This document shows positions 19,522 to 28,375 of a stretch of DNA of 64,000 nt, in pieces. A program made the translations under genes and the position numbers. The stretch's first letter is position 1; each line of letters begins with the position of its first letter. Source of the stretch: an uncultured Chloroflexia bacterium (GTDB lineage Bacteria; Chloroflexota; Dehalococcoidia; GIF9; UBA5629); assembly GCA_963842805.1 (NCBI GenBank), contig CAWJIA010000013.1:123-64122 (forward strand), in the 5' to 3' direction. The notes under the pieces were generated by a model. That model was not told where the DNA came from. It made no database searches and worked only from the letters and a program-made list of their open reading frames with translations.

Positions 19522-19533
19522 TCTGTTCTACAA

Positions 19534-20427
19534 TTAGTGCAACCTGTTGATCAGGTTGGGCAGTTTGCCTTCCGTATAAAGCTTAACCGCTTCGTCAATA
19601 TTCGTGATATCGGTTACTATGGGCTCTATTTTATAGCTCTTCATACTTTCGTAGGCACCCATGCCCATACCGCCAGCTATTAACACCTGGCTGTCTTTAA
19701 TCGCCTCAGCCATGCTTGCATGTTTTTGCTGGGAAGCGGCGTCAAAACCGTGCTTGGCTCCATGAGCTGAATGTGGGCCCTCAGCAGATGCAAAGTGGCT
19801 GTGACCCATCTTTGGCCGCTTCTCTTTGCCGGTTATTTTGCCATTCTCCACCGTGTAAACGACGTACCAGGATGCCCGTCCGAAATGTTGGCTTATAGTA
19901 ATCTCATCGTCTGTAATAACTGCAATTTTCATACCAGTTTTTCTCCTTATCTCAATTTCGTTATATTGCTCAAGGCTATTCCGATCTTCACTTGCCATAC
20001 CTCCACTGATTGCCACAGGCACCAGCGCGTCATTGCATAGCTTGTGGCAAATAGAGCAGGATTCAGTCGACCACCTGGCCAACATATCTGCAGGCAAATC
20101 CAGGTTGCAACCAATCCTGCAGCAACATTGCGGTGCCTCCAATTCAAAGGAGCCGCCATCTATTTTTATAGCTTTGCCACCTAGCAGACCTACAGCTATC
20201 TTTTTCCTGGCCGACTCAAGTATTCGCTGAAAAGTCGCTCGCGAAACATTCATGTATTTGGCACATTGTTCCTGATCCAAATTCTCAATATCCCGCAGCC
20301 GCAGGGATTCTACTTCCTCAATAGTAATGCAGACTTCATCCAGCGTTCGCAGAGGCACACCAGCCGGCTTAAAGTAAGTAGTATCCGGCAGGAAAGCTAC
20401 CCTACATCTCTTCTTGGGTCGAGGCAT
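19534..20427 (-). CDS. DUF134 (UPF0251) DNA-binding domain fused to a NifB/NifX-family (dinitrogenase FeMo-cofactor-binding-like) domain
   Basis: The N-terminus reads MPRPKKRCRVAFLPDTTYFKPAGVP...MNVSRATFQRILESARKK. A Cys-rich linker (CCCRIGC...CSICHKLC) follows. The C-terminus reads MKIAVITDD...HFGRAS...VLIAGGMGMGA. I place the start at ATG 20427. Confidence 0.85.
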   Translation of the reverse strand: MPRPKKRCRVAFLPDTTYFKPAGVPLRTLDEVCITIEEVESLRLRDIENLDQEQCAKYMNVSRATFQRILESARKKIAVGLLGGKAIKIDGGSFELEAPQCCCRIGCNLDLPADMLARWSTESCSICHKLCNDALVPVAISGGMASEDRNSLEQYNEIEIRRKTGMKIAVITDDEITISQHFGRASWYVVYTVENGKITGKEKRPKMGHSHFASAEGPHSAHGAKHGFDAASQQKHASMAEAIKDSQVLIAGGMGMGAYESMKSYKIEPIVTDITNIDEAVKLYTEGKLPNLINRLH

Positions 20428-20535
20428 GTAAACAGCATCCTTGTATTTTGTGCATATGCTCATAACAATTATATTTTAGCTATTATATTCTGTCAAGTGG
20501 ATACAACTTGATAGGGGACAAAATATATTGTATAC

Positions 20536-20565
20536 TTGCAATAGTTCGCAACTATTATATTGCAA
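20536..20565. promoter_or_regulatory. Imperfect inverted repeat in the divergent promoter region (candidate operator)
   Basis: The repeat is TTGCAATAGTT-cgc-AACTATT(ata)TTGCAA. The motif CTATTATATT also occurs at about 20480-20490. Confidence 0.3.
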
Positions 20566-20673
20566 TTGAATGAATTGCCCGACTACGTTTCGCCATTTAC
20601 TTGCGAGGTTCCCTTACTGCAAACGAAGGATCGGGACTAACTAAATAATAAAAACAAAAAGGAGTGAGCAAAT

Positions 20674-21204
20674 ATGGCTGACCTGGCAGTTATTACAGAA
20701 GAGAAACGTCATGAAGCTGAGAGGAAAATAGAAGGCCTATCAATGGTCGTCTTTTCCGGCGACCTGGATAAGGCACTGGCAGCTTTTATTATTGCCAACG
20801 GAGCCGCTGCCATGGATATCCCGGTGACCATGTTCTTTACGTTTTGGGGGACGAATATTATGCGGCGTGAAGGTCCGATCAAGCTTCTGGAAAAGAAGAC
20901 CTTCATGGAGAAAATGTTCGGTTGGATGATGCCCAGGGGGCCCAATAAGCTGGTGCTATCCAAAATGAACATGGGAGGAATGGGGACAATGATGATGAAG
21001 AATGAAATGGCAAAGAAGAATGTCTATAATTTGCCCAAATTGATTCAAGAGGCTCGTGATCAGGGCATAAGGATGATAATCTGCACGATGTCCATGGATA
21101 TTATGGGTTTCAAAAAGGAAGAGCTTCTGCCGGGCGTCGAATTCGGCGGCGTAGGTAAGTTCATGGCAAGCGCCGATGATAGCAGGACGACCTTATTTAT
21201 ATAG
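20674..21204 (+). CDS. DsrE/DsrF-like family protein (COG2210 'peroxiredoxin-family' type)
   Basis: The sequence shows LSMVVFSGDLDKALAAFIIANGAAAMD...TFWG...ICTMSMDIMG. An AAAGGAG RBS is present. Confidence 0.7.
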   Translation: MADLAVITEEKRHEAERKIEGLSMVVFSGDLDKALAAFIIANGAAAMDIPVTMFFTFWGTNIMRREGPIKLLEKKTFMEKMFGWMMPRGPNKLVLSKMNMGGMGTMMMKNEMAKKNVYNLPKLIQEARDQGIRMIICTMSMDIMGFKKEELLPGVEFGGVGKFMASADDSRTTLFI

Positions 21205-21245
21205 GTCGATAGTACGTATTGTTTTATTGTTATGGAGCATAGAAT

Positions 21246-21575
21246 ATGGAAGTAAATCCCAACCACATTTTTGAATTGCAGGCGGAGATGCTAAGCGTTC
21301 TTTCCAATCCAAAACGTCTCATGATACTCAAAGTACTGGGCAAAGGGGAAAAAACAGTGGGAGAAATTGCTGTGCAGGTTGGCATCGAGATGCAGAACGC
21401 ATCTCAACATCTCCGTATCATGAAGGCCCGTGGGATAGTGACGGCCAGAAGGGATGGTCAGACGGTCTATTATGAGCTTACGACCCCTATCTTCGCGGAA
21501 TGCTGTGAACTAGTGCGGAAGGCCATCGTGGAAGACCTGGAAAAAAGAAGAGCGCTCATACAGGATATTAAATAG
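21246..21575 (+). CDS. ArsR/SmtB-family transcriptional regulator
   Basis: The sequence LSVLSNPKRLMILKVL...TVGEIAVQVGIEMQNASQHLRIMKARGIV...DGQTVYYEL is typical of the family. Confidence 0.85.
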   Translation: MEVNPNHIFELQAEMLSVLSNPKRLMILKVLGKGEKTVGEIAVQVGIEMQNASQHLRIMKARGIVTARRDGQTVYYELTTPIFAECCELVRKAIVEDLEKRRALIQDIK

Positions 21576-21602
21576 AATTGAATTATCACGGGAGGTTAAA
21601 GG

Positions 21603-21857
21603 ATGACCGAAATCGATTTGAAAAACATGAAAACAGACAAAACTGTAGATGCCCGCGGCACGGCTTGCCCTGGTCCGCTCCTGGAAGCTAAACGTGCCAT
21701 GGCGGCAGTGCCCATGGCCGGTATACTTGAAGTGTTGTCTTCCGATATCGGCACAACTGAGGATCTTCCCCTATGGGCCAACAAGGTTGGACATCAGTAT
21801 CTGGGAACCATCGAGGAAGCGGGTTATTGGAGGGTCTTCGTCAAAAGAGGCAAGTAG
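21603..21857 (+). CDS. tusA: TusA/SirA-family sulfurtransferase
   Basis: DARGTACPGPLLEAKRAM contains the CPxP active-site motif. The protein is 84 aa. Confidence 0.85.
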   Translation: MTEIDLKNMKTDKTVDARGTACPGPLLEAKRAMAAVPMAGILEVLSSDIGTTEDLPLWANKVGHQYLGTIEEAGYWRVFVKRGK

Positions 21858-22270
21858 TGATTTCACACAGTTCGTCCCAAAGCAGTGGTCCGAAGATATT
21901 GGTCTTCTCCACTAACAATATATCCGATCCCGGTATCGACCTGGCGGGAAGTTCACATATGGACTATCCAACTTCCGTCCAGGTCATAGCGTTGCCATGT
22001 TCCAGCGGTATTAATCCCACATGGGTATTACATGCGCTTGAAGCCGGGTTCGATGGAGTCTTCATCGCCGCCGATGGGACTGACTGCGCTTACCTGCCGG
22101 ACTGCACCGACCGTACGGCATCTATAGTTCAGAAGGCGCAAGACCTGATCAAAGAACATGGCCTCGATCCCAGAAGATTAAAAATGGCTGCCATTTGCTC
22201 GGTCTGCTCCGAATCCTTCGTGTCACATATGGATAAATTTCATAAGGCACTCAGCGAGCTTAAAACATAA
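21857..22270 (+). CDS. MvhD-like protein lacking the N-terminal CCxxC motif
   Basis: KILVFSTNNISDPGIDLAGSSHMDYPTSVQVIALPCSSG...GFDGVFIAADGTDCAYLPDC aligns with the mvhD at 9348, but FCCLYCAY is replaced by FSTNNISD. The start is uncertain; I propose GTG 21857, which overlaps the tusA stop. Confidence 0.65.
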   Translation: MISHSSSQSSGPKILVFSTNNISDPGIDLAGSSHMDYPTSVQVIALPCSSGINPTWVLHALEAGFDGVFIAADGTDCAYLPDCTDRTASIVQKAQDLIKEHGLDPRRLKMAAICSVCSESFVSHMDKFHKALSELKT

Positions 22271-22291
22271 GGTGCGCTAAGCAGAACTGTC

Positions 22292-25018
22292 ATGGAAAAA
22301 AACTCTAACGTAGATTATGATGCCCTGATTGTAGGGGCTGGCATAGCAGGTATGGAATCGGCTCTGACGCTGGGCGACATGGGATTCAGGGTATTGCTTG
22401 TGGAAAAGGAAGCCAGCATAGGCGGGAAAATGATCCTGCTAAGCAAAGTATTTCCGACGCTTGACTGCTCGAGTTGCATCTCCACACCCAAAATGGCAGC
22501 CACGGCCAATCATCCAAACATTAAAGTATCCACATATTCGGAGATCGATGAAATATCACGAAAGGAAGACGGCAGCTTTGCCATTGCTCTCCGGCGAAAA
22601 CCCAAATTTGTCGATCCGCTAAAATGCACGGGTTGTGCACAGTGTGAAACCGCCTGTACCGTAGCCATTGCCGACGAATTCAATTCGGATTTGATAGCAC
22701 GAAGGGCGGCCCATATCGCCTTTCCCCAGGCTGTACCCAAGAAGGCAATTATAGACCGCAAGGGCACATCGCCGTGCTCATTTACCTGTCCTGCAGGAGT
22801 AAAACCCCACGGATACGTCTCACTGGTTAGAGCAGGAAAATACGATGAAGCATTCCGCTTACACCTGGAGGATGCCCCACTTCCCGGATGCCTGAGCAGG
22901 GCATGCTACGCTCCCTGCGAGGAAGAGTGCACTAGAGGACAGCTGGAGGGGTCTGTTCCCATAAGGGCGATCAAGCGTTTTATGGTTGACCGTTATTATG
23001 CCGGCCATCCGGAACCAGAATACGGCATCCCCGACAAATTGAACGGCAAAAGGGTAGCAATCGTCGGATCGGGCCCTGCCGGTCTATCTGCAGCTTATTT
23101 CCTGGTCCGTTCAGGATACTCTGTCACCGTCTTTGAGTCGGAACCGGAAGCGGGCGGCATCATGCGTTGGGGCATACCGTCCTACCGATTACCCAAGGAC
23201 ATATTAACTCGCGACATCAAGAACATCACCTCCCTCGGCGTGAAGATCACCACCGGCACAAAGGTCGGCAGCACGCAATATCTGAAGGAGGACGGCTTTG
23301 ACGCGGTATTCCTGGCCGTCGGCAATACCGGGGGACGCCTCATATCTATCCCGGGAGAGGATCTGAATGGAGTTGTCGATTGCATGGATTTCCTGAAAGC
23401 TTGTAATTCCGGAAGCAGGTCAGACATAAAAGGAAAGAAGGTGGTGGTGATAGGTGGGGGCAATGTCGCAATAGACTGCGGACGCAGTGCTCTCCGGCTG
23501 GGCGCACGTGAGGTACAGCTGGTCTGCCTTGAGTCCGGTGAAGAAATGCCCTCCCATAGATGGGAGATTGAACAGGCAATTGATGAGGGTATTGCCATAA
23601 ACTGTTCATGGGGCCCCAAATCTATCAGTGACGTTGGAGGAACCAAAGGGGTTGAGTTCGTTTGCTGCACATCTGTTTTTGACGCCGGCGGAAAATTTAA
23701 CCCTTCGTTCGACGAGTCCAAAAGGAAGTCTTTCGACGCCGACATGGTCATAATGGCCGTCGGCCTTCTTCCAAATACTTCTCCATTCGCGAATGAGCTT
23801 GAATTGAACCGTAACAAGACCATTTGCGCTGATAAGGAAACGCTACAGACTTCGAAACCCTGGGTTTTCGCCGGCGGAGACGCCGTAACAGGACCGGCCA
23901 TGATAGTACAGGCCGTCGGCCAGGGCAAGAGAGCCGCCTATTACATAGATCGTTACCTGCAGGGAATGCCTATGAATTCAGGCCATTTCGATGAACGGTT
24001 GCCCATGGTAGACAAAGAGTCCGTCCTCAGCCGACCAGCAGGTGATATCTCTGTTAGAAAACCTGTATCCCCCAAGCTTAAACCCGTTGAGGAGTGGACA
24101 CGTTCGTTTGATGAATATGAGATAACCATGACTGAGGATGAGGCCCGCTACAGCTCCAACCGTTGTCTTGATTGCGGCGGTTGTTCGCAGTGCCAGCAAT
24201 GCGTAGGTATCTGCCCGGCCGATGCCATATCCTTTGACATGCGGACAGAGATGGAGGATGTAACTGCTGGTTCTGTAATGCTGTCAACGGGGTTCGATAT
24301 CTTCAACGCCGCCAACAAACCGGCTTTGGGATACGGAAGGTTCCCTAATGTTATCAATGCCATGCAGATGGACCGTATTTTGGCCCCTACACGGCCATAC
24401 AATGCGGTAATCCGTCCCTCTGATGGAAAAGCCCCCAGCAATATAGCCTTTGTTCTATGTACCGGCTCCAGGGATCAAAAGGTCAATAACCGTATATGCT
24501 CGCGTGTTTGCTGCATGTATTCTCTTAAGCAGGCGCAGCTCCTTATGGGCGCCTTACCTCTGGCTGATATCACAATCTACTACATCGATATACGCGCTTT
24601 CGGCAAAGGTTACGACGAGTTTTATGAGCAAGCAAAAGGGATGGGGGTCTATTTTGTCAAAGGCAAGGTAGCCAGAATCGAAGAAACGACTGAGCAGAAC
24701 CTGAAGGTATTTTACGAGGATATCGAAGGTGATGGAGGTACTAAGCAGGCCGAGCATGATCTTGTCGTGCTGTCGGTTGGAGTGCTTCCCACGCAGGGCG
24801 CCCTATGCCTGTTCAAAGACGGCTCGCTGGAAGCGGACCCCTATTCCTATATCCGCGAAGTGGACGAAGACCTTGAACCGGGCAAGACAAGTATTGACGG
24901 CGTTTTCGTTGCAGGGACAGCGGCTGCTGCGCGTGACATACCTGATTCTATTCTGCATTCGGATGCCGCTGCGGCACAGGTGGCTGCCTATCTAAAGAGA
25001 TCAAGGGACGGCTCATGA
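22292..25018 (+). CDS. HdrA-like flavoprotein with an embedded GltD/NfnB/SudA-type NAD(P)H module
   Basis: The sequence shows VGAGIAGMESALTL...LDCSSCI, CTGCAQCETAC, ACYAPCEEEC, IVGSGPAGLSAAYFL...GGIMRWGIPSYRLPK, VIGGGNVAIDCGRSA, FAGGDAVTGPAMIVQAV and CTGSRD...ICSRVCC. It is colinear with residues about 1-900 of the 1492-aa HdrA. Confidence 0.9.
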   Translation: MEKNSNVDYDALIVGAGIAGMESALTLGDMGFRVLLVEKEASIGGKMILLSKVFPTLDCSSCISTPKMAATANHPNIKVSTYSEIDEISRKEDGSFAIALRRKPKFVDPLKCTGCAQCETACTVAIADEFNSDLIARRAAHIAFPQAVPKKAIIDRKGTSPCSFTCPAGVKPHGYVSLVRAGKYDEAFRLHLEDAPLPGCLSRACYAPCEEECTRGQLEGSVPIRAIKRFMVDRYYAGHPEPEYGIPDKLNGKRVAIVGSGPAGLSAAYFLVRSGYSVTVFESEPEAGGIMRWGIPSYRLPKDILTRDIKNITSLGVKITTGTKVGSTQYLKEDGFDAVFLAVGNTGGRLISIPGEDLNGVVDCMDFLKACNSGSRSDIKGKKVVVIGGGNVAIDCGRSALRLGAREVQLVCLESGEEMPSHRWEIEQAIDEGIAINCSWGPKSISDVGGTKGVEFVCCTSVFDAGGKFNPSFDESKRKSFDADMVIMAVGLLPNTSPFANELELNRNKTICADKETLQTSKPWVFAGGDAVTGPAMIVQAVGQGKRAAYYIDRYLQGMPMNSGHFDERLPMVDKESVLSRPAGDISVRKPVSPKLKPVEEWTRSFDEYEITMTEDEARYSSNRCLDCGGCSQCQQCVGICPADAISFDMRTEMEDVTAGSVMLSTGFDIFNAANKPALGYGRFPNVINAMQMDRILAPTRPYNAVIRPSDGKAPSNIAFVLCTGSRDQKVNNRICSRVCCMYSLKQAQLLMGALPLADITIYYIDIRAFGKGYDEFYEQAKGMGVYFVKGKVARIEETTEQNLKVFYEDIEGDGGTKQAEHDLVVLSVGVLPTQGALCLFKDGSLEADPYSYIREVDEDLEPGKTSIDGVFVAGTAAAARDIPDSILHSDAAAAQVAAYLKRSRDGS

Positions 25019-26748
25019 CCGACAGGACAGACCGAAAACTGGGCGTATATATTTGCCACTGCGGCGGCAATATTTCCGACTACGTGAACGTGGAAAAGGT
25101 GGTGGACGCAGTTAAGGGAGAGCCTGATGTGGTCACGGTCAAGACCAACATATTTACTTGCTCTGATGCAGCACAGCAGGACATGATCTCGGAAATTAAG
25201 GAAATGAAATTAGACGGGATTGTGATCGCTTCCTGTTCGCCCAAGCTTCACCTGAATACATTCAGAGCGATGGCGGAGCGTGCCGGTCTCAATCCCTATC
25301 AGTACACCCAGGTGAATATCCGTGAACAATGTTCCTGGGCCCATACTCATTCAAAGGATGCAGCAACGGACAAAGCAATCAAATTGGTCCGGGCGGGCAT
25401 CGCCCGCACAGGGTTGTCAATGCCCCTCAGCCGGCTGCGCGTCGATACTACGCCTGCTGCACTGGTCATAGGCGCCGGGGTGGCGGGATTGCGTGCCGCC
25501 CTTGCACTATCTGATATGGGCATATCTGTACATGTAGTCGAACTGGCAGAGCAGCCAGGTGGAATGGTAGGGAAATGGGGAAAGATGTTCCCCAACGGAA
25601 AGAAGGGCTCAGATATTATTGGTTCACTGGTGAAGAAAGTCCGCGAACGTGAAAACATCAACTTGTTTGTCAACGCGAAAATAATCGAGAAATCCGGCAA
25701 TGTTGGAAAATTTTCAATAAAGCTATTAGTTAATAATAAGGATACGATTCCCCTCACTGTAGGCGGCATAATTGTGGCTACCGGTTTTGACCCATACGCT
25801 CCGCTTAGCGGTGAATTCGGCTTTGGACTATCTGGTGTGATAACGCTGCCTGAATATAAAGAGCTGCTCGCCCAATCGGCCGGATCTTTGAAATATAATG
25901 GCAGAGATATCGGCACCGTCACTTACATATACTGTATTGGATCAAGGGAGCATTTCAAGGAGGATAACCCTCACGCTTATTGTTCCCGCTATTGCTGCAC
26001 TGCCGGCGTGCACGCAGCTCTGCGCACCGCTGAATTGACACCCGGGGCACAGCAGTTTCACATTTTCCGCGATATGCGCACCTACGGCAAATATGAGGTG
26101 CTTTACGACGAGGCTTTAGAAAAGGGCTCTGTTTTCCTGCGCTATGAAGAAAGCGAGCCTCCGGTGGTAACCCTCGAGAACGGCAGCCTGAAAGTCAGAG
26201 TTAAAGACCGCCTCACCGGCGGAGAAGAAATTGAAATTGCCACTGACCTTGTAGTACTGGTCACAGGTATGGTTCCCAGGACCAATCCCGAATTGGTTAA
26301 CGTGCTCAAACTCCCGGTGGGAAAAGACGGTTTCTTCAATGAAATCCATCCCAAATTGAAGCCGGTTGAGACCGTGATAGACGGGCTTTTCATCTCTGGA
26401 GCGGCGCAGGGCCCAAAGACGCTTGCCGAAAGCGTGGCCAGTTCCATGGCTGCATCAGCCAAGGTGGCTGGCCTTCTGCTTAAAGGATATATTGATCTGG
26501 AGCCGCTTATAGCCAAAGTCGATCCAGACCTGTGCGTGTGGTGCGGCGCCTGTGAGCATGTCTGCCCGTACGGAGCGGTCCAGCATATCAATTGCGACGG
26601 CAAAGAAATCGCAGACATAAACCCCGTCCTGTGCAAAGGGGAAGGGGCATGCGTCCCGGTTTGTCCCAAACAGGCCATAGATGTTGCCGGGTACACAAAT
26701 AAGCAGATTGAGTCTATGATTGAAGCTCTTGCGAGGGAGGCTGCCTGA
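25015..26748 (+). CDS. HdrA-like flavoprotein (second unit, with a C-terminal 2x[4Fe-4S] domain)
   Basis: The sequence shows GVYICHCGGNISDY, IASCSPKLH, NIREQCSWAH, IGAGVAGLRAALAL, YCSRYCC, and CVWCGACEHVCP...CKGEGACVPVCP. It has an ATGA overlap with the preceding gene. Confidence 0.9.
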   Translation: MTDRTDRKLGVYICHCGGNISDYVNVEKVVDAVKGEPDVVTVKTNIFTCSDAAQQDMISEIKEMKLDGIVIASCSPKLHLNTFRAMAERAGLNPYQYTQVNIREQCSWAHTHSKDAATDKAIKLVRAGIARTGLSMPLSRLRVDTTPAALVIGAGVAGLRAALALSDMGISVHVVELAEQPGGMVGKWGKMFPNGKKGSDIIGSLVKKVRERENINLFVNAKIIEKSGNVGKFSIKLLVNNKDTIPLTVGGIIVATGFDPYAPLSGEFGFGLSGVITLPEYKELLAQSAGSLKYNGRDIGTVTYIYCIGSREHFKEDNPHAYCSRYCCTAGVHAALRTAELTPGAQQFHIFRDMRTYGKYEVLYDEALEKGSVFLRYEESEPPVVTLENGSLKVRVKDRLTGGEEIEIATDLVVLVTGMVPRTNPELVNVLKLPVGKDGFFNEIHPKLKPVETVIDGLFISGAAQGPKTLAESVASSMAASAKVAGLLLKGYIDLEPLIAKVDPDLCVWCGACEHVCPYGAVQHINCDGKEIADINPVLCKGEGACVPVCPKQAIDVAGYTNKQIESMIEALAREAA

Positions 26749-26999
26749 TGGAAAGGAAACCGGCGCGCGATAACGCCGAGGTGCTGCGGGACGAAATGTA
26801 TATGCGTGACCGGATAATCGGAATCCTGGCAGAGGGTCCCAAAACCATATCGGAGATTGCAGGTGAACTTGGTTACCCATCCGATGAAGTGCTCAAATGG
26901 GTCATGGCTATGAGACGATATGGAGTTATCACAGAAATGCCCAAGGCCAGGGCCGATGACTATTATCATTACAAACTGCGGGACCAGGAAGAAAAATGA
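26748..26999 (+). CDS. Small winged-helix (wHTH) protein embedded in the hdr-like operon
   Basis: RDRIIGILAEGPKTISEIAGELGYPSDEVLKWVMAMRRYGVITE looks like a wHTH. The gene overlaps the stop of the previous gene and the start of the next one. Confidence 0.6.
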   Translation: MERKPARDNAEVLRDEMYMRDRIIGILAEGPKTISEIAGELGYPSDEVLKWVMAMRRYGVITEMPKARADDYYHYKLRDQEEK

Positions 27000-27307
27000 T
27001 AAAAACAGACACGCAATTTGTTGAATCCGTGAAGGCGGGCACTGAATTCAATGCCTTCGCCTGCATCAACTGCGGTTCCTGCACGGCGCTTTGCCCCCTG
27101 GGTATCGATCTGCACCCCAGGACCCTATTCCGCTACGTACTGATTGGAGCACGGGACAAAGTATTGCAAAATACTGCCAACATCTACTCATGCCTTTTGT
27201 GCAAAATGTGCGAGGATAATTGTCCCGCGGACGTGCCAATTGCCGAAAATATCAGGTCGCTACGCAGCTATATCAACCGGGATGTTTTTCGGCTCTCAAG
27301 AGGTTAA
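26996..27307 (+). CDS. HdrC-like 4Fe-4S dicluster protein
   Basis: It has the motifs CINCGSCTALCP and CLLCKMCEDNCP. Confidence 0.8.
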   Translation: MIKTDTQFVESVKAGTEFNAFACINCGSCTALCPLGIDLHPRTLFRYVLIGARDKVLQNTANIYSCLLCKMCEDNCPADVPIAENIRSLRSYINRDVFRLSRG

Positions 27308-27310
27308 TTC

Positions 27311-28282
27311 ATGCCGTTACCGATACATAACATTTTAGGAATACTCTCAGATAATCTGAAGAACAGAAAAGGCGTTATCCCTCTTTCCCCGGGGAAAGTT
27401 GACGCCTGGACCCGCGGACTGGATATACCCTTTGGCGGGGATACCGTTATCTACACTGGCCAGATGTATCAATTGATACCGTCGATAAATTCGATGTCCG
27501 CCGTGATGGCCAAATTCGAAGATTCATGGGTTACTCGATTTTTCGGCATGGGCCGCATCATGAATAGAATTATAAATATCTCATGGTTAATGGCTCTCGG
27601 TTCCGGCAAAGAGCAAAGGGTGTATGACAACATTTTGAAGAACATTGCCATCCTGCTTAAAACGGCCGGGGTGAAATTCAGTTATCTATATGGAAAGGAG
27701 CTGTACTCCGGAGCACTGGTCTACGATGAGGGGCTTGACGACGCATTTGTGGAGCATGCCCGAAGGGTATACCGGACATTCAAAGAGAATGGCGTTAAGC
27801 AGGTCATCACGGTGGACCCTCATACTACCAATATGTTGAAAAGCGTATACCCTAAAATTATCAATGGGTATGACCTTATTACAAAGAGCTACCTGGAAAT
27901 ACTCGCAGAAAAAGACCTGAAATGCAGAAAACAGATTCCTTTGGAACTCGTTGTCCACGATTCTTGTGTCTATGCAAGGCACGAAGGTATAGTTGATGAA
28001 CCGCGCCGTTTGCTGAAAACTGCCGGGGCAACGATTCATGTGCCTGAGTTATCCGGAAGGTTAACGCAGTGCTGCGGCGGCCCCCTGGAATCATTATTCC
28101 CCGGTAAGGCCTATGAAGTCGCCGGGAAACGCGTGGCCCAGTTAGCGGACTGCGGCAACAGCATTGTGACAATGTGTCCAATATGCATGGCCAATTTGAA
28201 GCGTGTGGCTAATAATACTACACTGGAAATCAAGGATATATCTGAACATCTTGTTAACGGTTACTGCATGCCCGACTTATGA
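27311..28282 (+). CDS. HdrB-like protein with a single intact CCG domain
   Basis: The C-terminal half has HDSCVY...TQCCGGPLE...MCPICMANL. The N-terminal half (VIYTGQMYQLIP...) lacks the cysteines. Confidence 0.75.
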   Translation: MPLPIHNILGILSDNLKNRKGVIPLSPGKVDAWTRGLDIPFGGDTVIYTGQMYQLIPSINSMSAVMAKFEDSWVTRFFGMGRIMNRIINISWLMALGSGKEQRVYDNILKNIAILLKTAGVKFSYLYGKELYSGALVYDEGLDDAFVEHARRVYRTFKENGVKQVITVDPHTTNMLKSVYPKIINGYDLITKSYLEILAEKDLKCRKQIPLELVVHDSCVYARHEGIVDEPRRLLKTAGATIHVPELSGRLTQCCGGPLESLFPGKAYEVAGKRVAQLADCGNSIVTMCPICMANLKRVANNTTLEIKDISEHLVNGYCMPDL

Positions 28283-28375
28283 TTAGGGGAAATGAGGAAT
28301 GGCAGGGATCCATAAAATTAGCTTCACAATTTCAGTCAAGCGATAAAACATTAAGGAGGTTGAGACAAGAAGACT

